A stretch of 63,505 nt of DNA, filler included, from Thraustochytrium aureum (Eukaryota), in assembly GCA_012862495.1 (NCBI GenBank). It is 7 parts of 5 records of this genome, joined end to end, with 100 filler letters (N's around TTAATTAATTAA, not from the genome) between each part and the next. Parts side by side here need not be neighbours in the genome. Positions count along the whole stretch, not along the records: positions 59,135 to 61,458 come from BLSG01000187.1; positions 61,559 to 63,505 come from BLSG01000188.1; 5 more parts are not named here. The stretch is one strand, 5' to 3'. Positions 59,135-63,505 of the stretch are shown here, piece by piece. The notes below the pieces were generated by a model that searched no databases, was not told the DNA's origin, and worked only from the letters and a program-made list of their open reading frames with translations. How positions within the stretch are numbered: position 1 is the stretch's first letter; each line of letters opens with the position of its first letter. Made by a program: the position numbers and the translations under genes.

Positions 59135-61083
59135 AGGAGATGATACGGCGCAAAGTCGAAGAGTTTGCCAGGAGCCTGCGCAAAGAATACGGTGCAAAGC
59201 GCACTGCTGCAGTGCTCGGCGAGGTCACCAAGCCCAAGGACGCGCACGATGCGCCCCTCGTGACGCGGGCCGCGCAGCCCGAACAGCACGACCTGCAGCA
59301 ACAGCACCACGGGCACCACCCGCCAGGAGAGCATCAGCAAACAGATAGAATGTCCCTCGAGCCGTCCGAACAGCAAGAGGCTCACCAGCATCTGCAGCTC
59401 ATGGGCATGGGCGGGCGAACGGTGGGGCTTCCGCAGGACGGCCAGCTCGTCGACGGAGGCAACCGCGAGGGCTTGGGCTTCGTCGGCCATCTCGAGACCG
59501 GCTCGGACCTCGATGGCAGCCGAGGCATGCAGCTCGACGGTTTGGGCGCGGCGCAGGGCGGGGGCGAGGCCGGCGCCAAGCGGCGCAAACTAAGCCACAC
59601 GAACCGGTGCCGCGAGGACGGCTGCGAGCGATTGGACAAGGGCGGCGGGTACTGCATCAGGCACGGCGGCGGGCCGCGCTGTAAGCGCGTCGGGTGCGCC
59701 AAGGGCGCCGTCAACGGCGACCTCTGCGTCAAGCACGGCGGGGGCGTGCGCTGCAAGGTAGAGGGCTGCAACAAGGGCGCGGCGGGCCAGCAGCTGTGCC
59801 GAGCGCACGGCGGGGGTCGCCGCTGCAAGTTCGAGTCGTGCACGCGTGCCGCGCTAGGCAGGACGACCTTCTGCCGCGCGCACGGCGGCGGCGACAACTG
59901 CGAGACGGACGGCTGTGAAAAGCTTGCGCAAGGCGGGAGGTTTTGCATCGAGCACGGCGGCACATACAAATGTCAGGTAGAGGACTGCAAGCGCTCGCGA
60001 TCGGAGAATGGCTTGTGCCGCGTGCACAACGGCACAGGGTTTTGCGAGGTGGGCAATTGTCAGTCTATCGCGATTGGGGCCTCGCGCAAGTGCATCGCGC
60101 ACGGGGGCGGCAAGCGGTGTAGCGTCGACGGCTGCGACAAGGCGGATGTTGGTGGCGGCAAGTGCACCAAGCATGGCGGCGGCCGGCGCTGCGCTTTCGA
60201 AGGGTGCAACAAGGCCAAGCCTGGAGGGTCGCGCTATTGCAGCGGCCACGGCGGCGGCCGGCGCTGCCGCGAGGAGGGCTGCACCAAGCTCGACCAGGGT
60301 GGCGGCCTCTGTAAAGCTCACGGTGGCGGCAAGAAGGCTTACTGCACCTACCCCGACTGCGACCGTCTCATCGTGCATGCGACCAACTTTTGCCGGCGCC
60401 ACGGCGGGGCGAAACCTTGCAACGAGCCCGGATGCTCCCAGACAGCTGTCACGGGTCGCAAGTGCCGCCAGCATGGCGGCGGGTACAAGTGCACCGAGCC
60501 GGGTTGCGACCGCAAGCGCCTGCAGGGAGGCTACTGCCGGGAGCATGGGGGTGGGCGCCGCTGCAACGCGCCAGAGTGCAGCAAGCTCGCCGCTGGGGCA
60601 AGCGAGTTTTGCATCAGGCACGGCGGCGGCGCTCGGTGCAGGTTTGACGGCTGCACGCGGGGCTCGCAGGGGGGTGGAATGTGCACCAAACACGGCGGGG
60701 GGCGCCTTTGCAAGTACCCAGACTGCAAAAAGCAGGCCAAGACCGGCGGGTTTTGCATTGCGCACGGAGGCGGCCGTCGATGCGAGGTAGATTCGTGTCA
60801 ACGCCTCGCTTATTCGCGGGGGCTTTGCCGCACGCACCAGACGGACATGCACTTCCCGCCAGGCGAGGCCGGGCAGGACATTCTCATCGAGCAGCAGATA
60901 CAAGCACAGGGCTTCATGCATCCTCACTCGCAACTCGATCCGCGCCTAGGCGCCCACCTCGCCACAAACCAAGTCGGATTACAGCAGCAACAACAGCAGC
61001 AGCAGCATCAGCTGCATCTGCAGCAGGACGACCAGCGCCAGCACCTCGAAGACCACCACCACGACCAAGTCTACTATCAGTAA
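59135..61083 (+). CDS. WRKY19-like C3H zinc-finger repeat protein (17 repeats), probable nuclear regulator; 5' end probably truncated
   Basis: 17 tandem C-x4-C-x9/10-C-x2-H units, most followed by GG(G); NLS-like AKRRKL; Q/H-rich flanks with poly-Q. Confidence 0.9.
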
Positions 61084-61558
61084 TTCCAATGGGAGTGGGC
61101 GCGCCGGCGCCAGCCAATGTACTAGTACAAAGAAAATTCTTTCCTCGCCGGGGCGCATTATCCTCAACGCACCGTCGTTACGCGTCTCGCCCGCACGATA
61201 AACCCCGCAGGGCCGCGCGGAAGAGCGCGTCTCGGCCCGCATAAGTGCCCTCTCCGCTTCCCACCAGTCCACTTTCCCCCGGGCCGCCAGTGATCAGTCA
61301 GTCCTTCATCTCCATCCCTCCATCCATCCGTCCTTCGATCAATCCATCGCAACTCGCGCGGCGTCCAGGAGGCCGTTGGCTGGAAGGCTGGCACGCACTG
61401 AGCGGGACGCGCGCAGGACCGTCGCATCGAGGCAGGAGGCGCTCGCTCTGCCGCAGCANNNNNNNNNNNNNNNNNNNNNNNNNNNNNNNNNNNNNNNNNN
61501 NNTTAATTAATTAANNNNNNNNNNNNNNNNNNNNNNNNNNNNNNNNNNNNNNNNNNNN

Positions 61559-63505
61559 GCACTCTTGGATGAGGCGCGCGTCGTGCGTGACGACTACCAC
61601 ACCACCGTCAAACTCGTTGATGGCTTCGCAGAGCGCGTCGATCGATTCCAAGTCCAGGTTGTTGGTGGGCTCGTCGAGGATGAGCAGGTGCGGGTTTTGG
61701 AACGACATGCTCGCAAAGACAACGCGCGCCTTCTGCCCGCCCGAGCAGTTGATCATCTTGATCGTGTGCGCGGTCCCCTCGAGCCCAAACTTGCCGAGCC
61801 GGTTGCGCGCGTCTTGGTAGCTCACGTCCTTGTGCACGCGGCGCAGAAACTCCACCGGGGTCTCGCCAACGGGCAAGACGTCCACGAAGTGCTGGTGGTA
61901 GCGCGCGATTCGCAAGTGGCGGTTGATCTTGACCTCGCCCTTGGTCGGCTCGAGCTCGCCCGTCATGAGCTTGAGCAAAGTGGACTTGCCCACGCCGTTC
62001 GGGCCAACAATGGTGATGCGCGAGTCCATGTCGATCCCGAAAGAGACCTTTTTGAACAGGCGCGGGCCCGAACCGTACGAGAACGACACGTTGTCCACCT
62101 GGATGATGGGCGGTGCCAGCTCGGTGGGCGGCGGAAAGGTAAAGCGGACCTCGTAGTCGCGCGGGCGCTGCAGGAGCTGGCGCTCTGCGAGCGCCCCAGT
62201 CGTGCCCTCCTCTTCCTCGCCCTGACCCTTGCCCTTTTTGCCGGCCTTGCGGGAGGCGCCGCCCTCGCGCTTGGACTTCTTCGCGAGGGCTTCGGCCGCC
62301 TTTTTGTTCGTGGTCCCCTTGCTCTTGAGCTGGCGCAGCTGCTTCTCCTGCTTTTCGTACTCCTTCTTGATCTTCTCCTTGTGGATCTCGTACTGGTCCT
62401 TGAACTGGGCAAAGTTGCCCTTGTAGTAGAACAGCCGCTGCTGGTCCAGGTGGATGATGTCGGTGCAGACAGAGTCCAGAAAGTCCTCGTCGTGCGAGAC
62501 GATCAGCAGCGTCTTCTTCCACTTTTGCAGGTAGGTGTCCAGCCAGAGCACGGCGTTGAGGTCGAGGTGGTTGGTGGGCTCATCCAGCAGCATGAGCGTG
62601 GGCTCCAGGAACAGTGCGCGAGCAATCGAAACGCGCATGCGCCACCCGCCGGAAAACGACTTGGTTGGTGCACGCTGCATGTCCTTGGTGAAGCCCAGAC
62701 CGTTCAGGAGGCCCAGAGCGCGCGCCTCGGCCGAGTCGTTGCCCTTGACCCGGAGTTCGTCCGTCACGTCTTTGAGCTCAGCCTGAAGCTGCTCGTGCTC
62801 GGCGAGCGTCAGCTCGTCGTTCACGTCGCCCTCCAGTGTGGCCATGATGGCCTTTTCGCGCTCCATGAGCTCGGTGCGCCGCGTGTCGGCCTGCAGCACC
62901 ATTTCCACGGCAGGCGTGTCGTCGGCGCGCACCTCCTGCTCGACGTAGAGGCAGTCGATCTTGGGCGGGATGGCCAGCTCGCCGCTCGCAATCTGCTTGA
63001 GCAGGGTCGACTTGCCGTGCCCGTTCGGGCCGACCACGCCGTACTTGCGGCCCGCGGCGATCTTGAGCTCGGCGTTCTGGAAAAGCGTCTTTCCGTATGC
63101 CGAGACGTTAAAGCTTGGGATGTTGATGTCGGTCGCGTTCTCCCAGGCCTCGTCGCGGGCCTGCGTGGTCGCCGACACCGCAAAGTCGGTTTCCTTGTTC
63201 GCGGTCGCGCGGAGCGCCTTTCGAGCTCCTCATCAGCCATGTCCTCTTTGAGCTTGCGCCGCTCCTTGTTGCTTAGCTTGCCGCCCTTGCCGCGGCCCTT
63301 CTTTGGCGCCCTCGCCGTCCTCGCCAGCGCCGTCCTCGCCGGCGCCGTTCTGGTCGAGCGTGTACACTCCCTCGTCTTCGGGGTTGCCGTAGAACGTGCT
63401 GCCGCCGGCGCCTTCGCCGTTGTCGCTGCCGCTGCCGCTGCCCTTGGACTTTTTCTTGCTGCTTTTCTTCTTGTCCTTCTTGTCCTTTTTGCTCTTTTTG
63501 CTCTT
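61559..63505 (-). CDS. ABC-F family ATPase (ABCF1/ABC50-like), both ends truncated
   Basis: Two nucleotide-binding domains: GPNGHGKST, FSGGWRMR, LLDEPTNHLD and GPNGVGKST, SGGQKARV, LDEPTNNLD. No TM segments; Lys-rich N-terminus with indels near 63220 and 63300. Confidence 0.94.

Noticed and set aside
9239..63300. Programmed frameshifting or widespread pseudogenes
   Set aside because: Shifts occur in both directions, mostly at homopolymers, without accompanying in-frame stops or decay. Sequencing error is the simpler explanation.

Overview
This is GC-rich, intron-poor eukaryotic DNA, not a prokaryotic locus. The gene content (CPT1, FATP, MCTP, MAD1, XPA, a WRKY19-like zinc-finger array) and the compact genes best fit a stramenopile protist such as a thraustochytrid/labyrinthulomycete; that assignment is inference. 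The window is a draft assembly. Seven separate scaffolds are joined by artificial N44-TTAATTAATTAA-N44 spacers, there are many N gaps, and many genes carry single-base frameshifts, mostly in homopolymers, that look like sequencing errors. About 27 protein-coding genes or fragments are supportable. Most notable: (1) a TIR-NACHT-WD40 NLR-like receptor with an intact TIR catalytic Glu; (2) a T-R-R fragment of an ATRR-type NRPS-like reductase (glycine betaine reductase architecture); (3) unusual PH-TM-Sec14 and PH-RGS-F-BAR proteins; (4) three enzymes with peroxisomal targeting signals plus MCTP on the first scaffold; (5) two unrelated genes whose introns share identical geometry (85 nt, branch point at the same position). 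I found no rRNA, tRNA, CRISPR array or recognisable transposase.
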